This document shows, piece by piece, positions 63,273 to 64,000 of a stretch of DNA of 64,000 bases. This DNA is from Nitrospirota bacterium (lineage in GTDB: Bacteria > Nitrospirota > Nitrospiria > Nitrospirales > NS-4). The notes beneath the pieces were generated by a model that ran no database searches, was not told where the DNA came from, and worked only from the letters and a program-made list of their open reading frames with translations. Position numbers and translations under genes: made by a program. Positions within the stretch are counted from its first letter, which is position 1, and each line of letters opens with the position of its first letter. The stretch is taken from contig CAWBGA010000017.1 of the NCBI GenBank assembly GCA_963788195.1, positions 448,001 to 512,000 of the forward strand, given 5' to 3'.

Positions 63273-64000
63273 ATGAAGTTCTTTTTCTGGGTTATCACCC
63301 TTATCCTCTCAATCGTTGCGGCGGTGGTCTTTAGCGATCTCAATCCTGAGCGCATTACCCTTCGATTTCCCGCCAACTCCTCAACGACAGTCTCTCCGAT
63401 CACGCTCGTGCTCGCCTGCGTGATTGTCGGCGCTCTTGCCGTCACCATGCTGGTGGGGCTGCGTGAGATACGGGCGCTGATTCTCAATTGGCGGAGCAGC
63501 CGACGTCGGAAGCGGGAAGAAAGAATCGACGCCTACTATGCGGACGGCGTCCTCGCATCGCTGTCCAGGCGAACCACTGAAGCCATCTCCCTACTCCAGA
63601 AGCTCCTCGCCCTTGAGCCGGATCACATCCGCGCCCTGATGTTATTGGGAAATATCTTGCGGAGGGAGAAACATTACAACGAGGCCATCCGGCTGCATCG
63701 CAAGGCTCGTCAATTGGACGAAGGCAACCTGGAAATACTCTTTACACTTGCGAAGGACCTGCAAGAGGCAAAGCGCTATGAAGAGGCCATCCAAACGGTG
63801 GAAGAAGTCCTCAAAATTGACGCGACAAATCCTACAGCGCTCTACCGGCTCCGCGACATTCATATGCGTGCCGGAAGATGGCCCGAAGCACACGCCGCGC
63901 AGGAACGGTTGTTAAAGGCCGGCTTGCCGGAACGGGAGATAAAGTCCGAGACACAGATCATGACGGGTATAAAGTACGAAGTTGGCCGCAGCTTTCTGGA
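63273..64000 (+). CDS. LapA-like membrane domain plus TPR (LapB-like) protein, 3' partial
   Basis: Two TM helices then TPR repeats (LGNILRREKHYNEAIRLHRKA); open at the window end. Confidence 0.75.
   Translation, partial: MKFFFWVITLILSIVAAVVFSDLNPERITLRFPANSSTTVSPITLVLACVIVGALAVTMLVGLREIRALILNWRSSRRRKREERIDAYYADGVLASLSRRTTEAISLLQKLLALEPDHIRALMLLGNILRREKHYNEAIRLHRKARQLDEGNLEILFTLAKDLQEAKRYEEAIQTVEEVLKIDATNPTALYRLRDIHMRAGRWPEAHAAQERLLKAGLPEREIKSETQIMTGIKYEVGRSFL

Overview
A GC-rich bacterial chromosome segment. Gene content and order suggest a Nitrospirota-like organism (inference only). About 17 genes, including housekeeping ones such as obgE and ispA, carry 1-nt frameshifts that are best read as long-read indel errors. 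Core content: scpAB, yajQ, cstA, a TPP-decarboxylase/aminotransferase/CDP-alcohol transferase/flippase operon (phosphono- or sulfono-lipid type), fhs, ispA-hpnA, dut-rpiA, ampG, trpS, gap-pgk-tpiA-secG, ilvE, rplU-rpmA and obgE-proB-proA-nadD-rsfS. Four dispersed PEP-CTERM genes share a sigma-54 promoter plus upstream-box architecture. Main unexplained signal: a dispersed family of ~49-nt intergenic units at 7 loci (three C3 tracts, a sequence-variable but base-paired stem, a conserved GCCRRRAC loop, then TTTTCCC). These units show strong compensatory stem changes and are repeatedly nested inside one another with AT...TG ends, like a tiny self-targeting mobile element; I do not recognise them as a named family. 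Also notable: an IS110 element whose bridge RNA guides, CT core, junction promoter and REP-like target can all be read from the sequence; a bacterial protein with PHD-finger (C4HC3) spacing; a 70-bp att-like duplication inside an FGE-family gene; a histidine kinase lacking its H-box His; and two probable ATA start codons.
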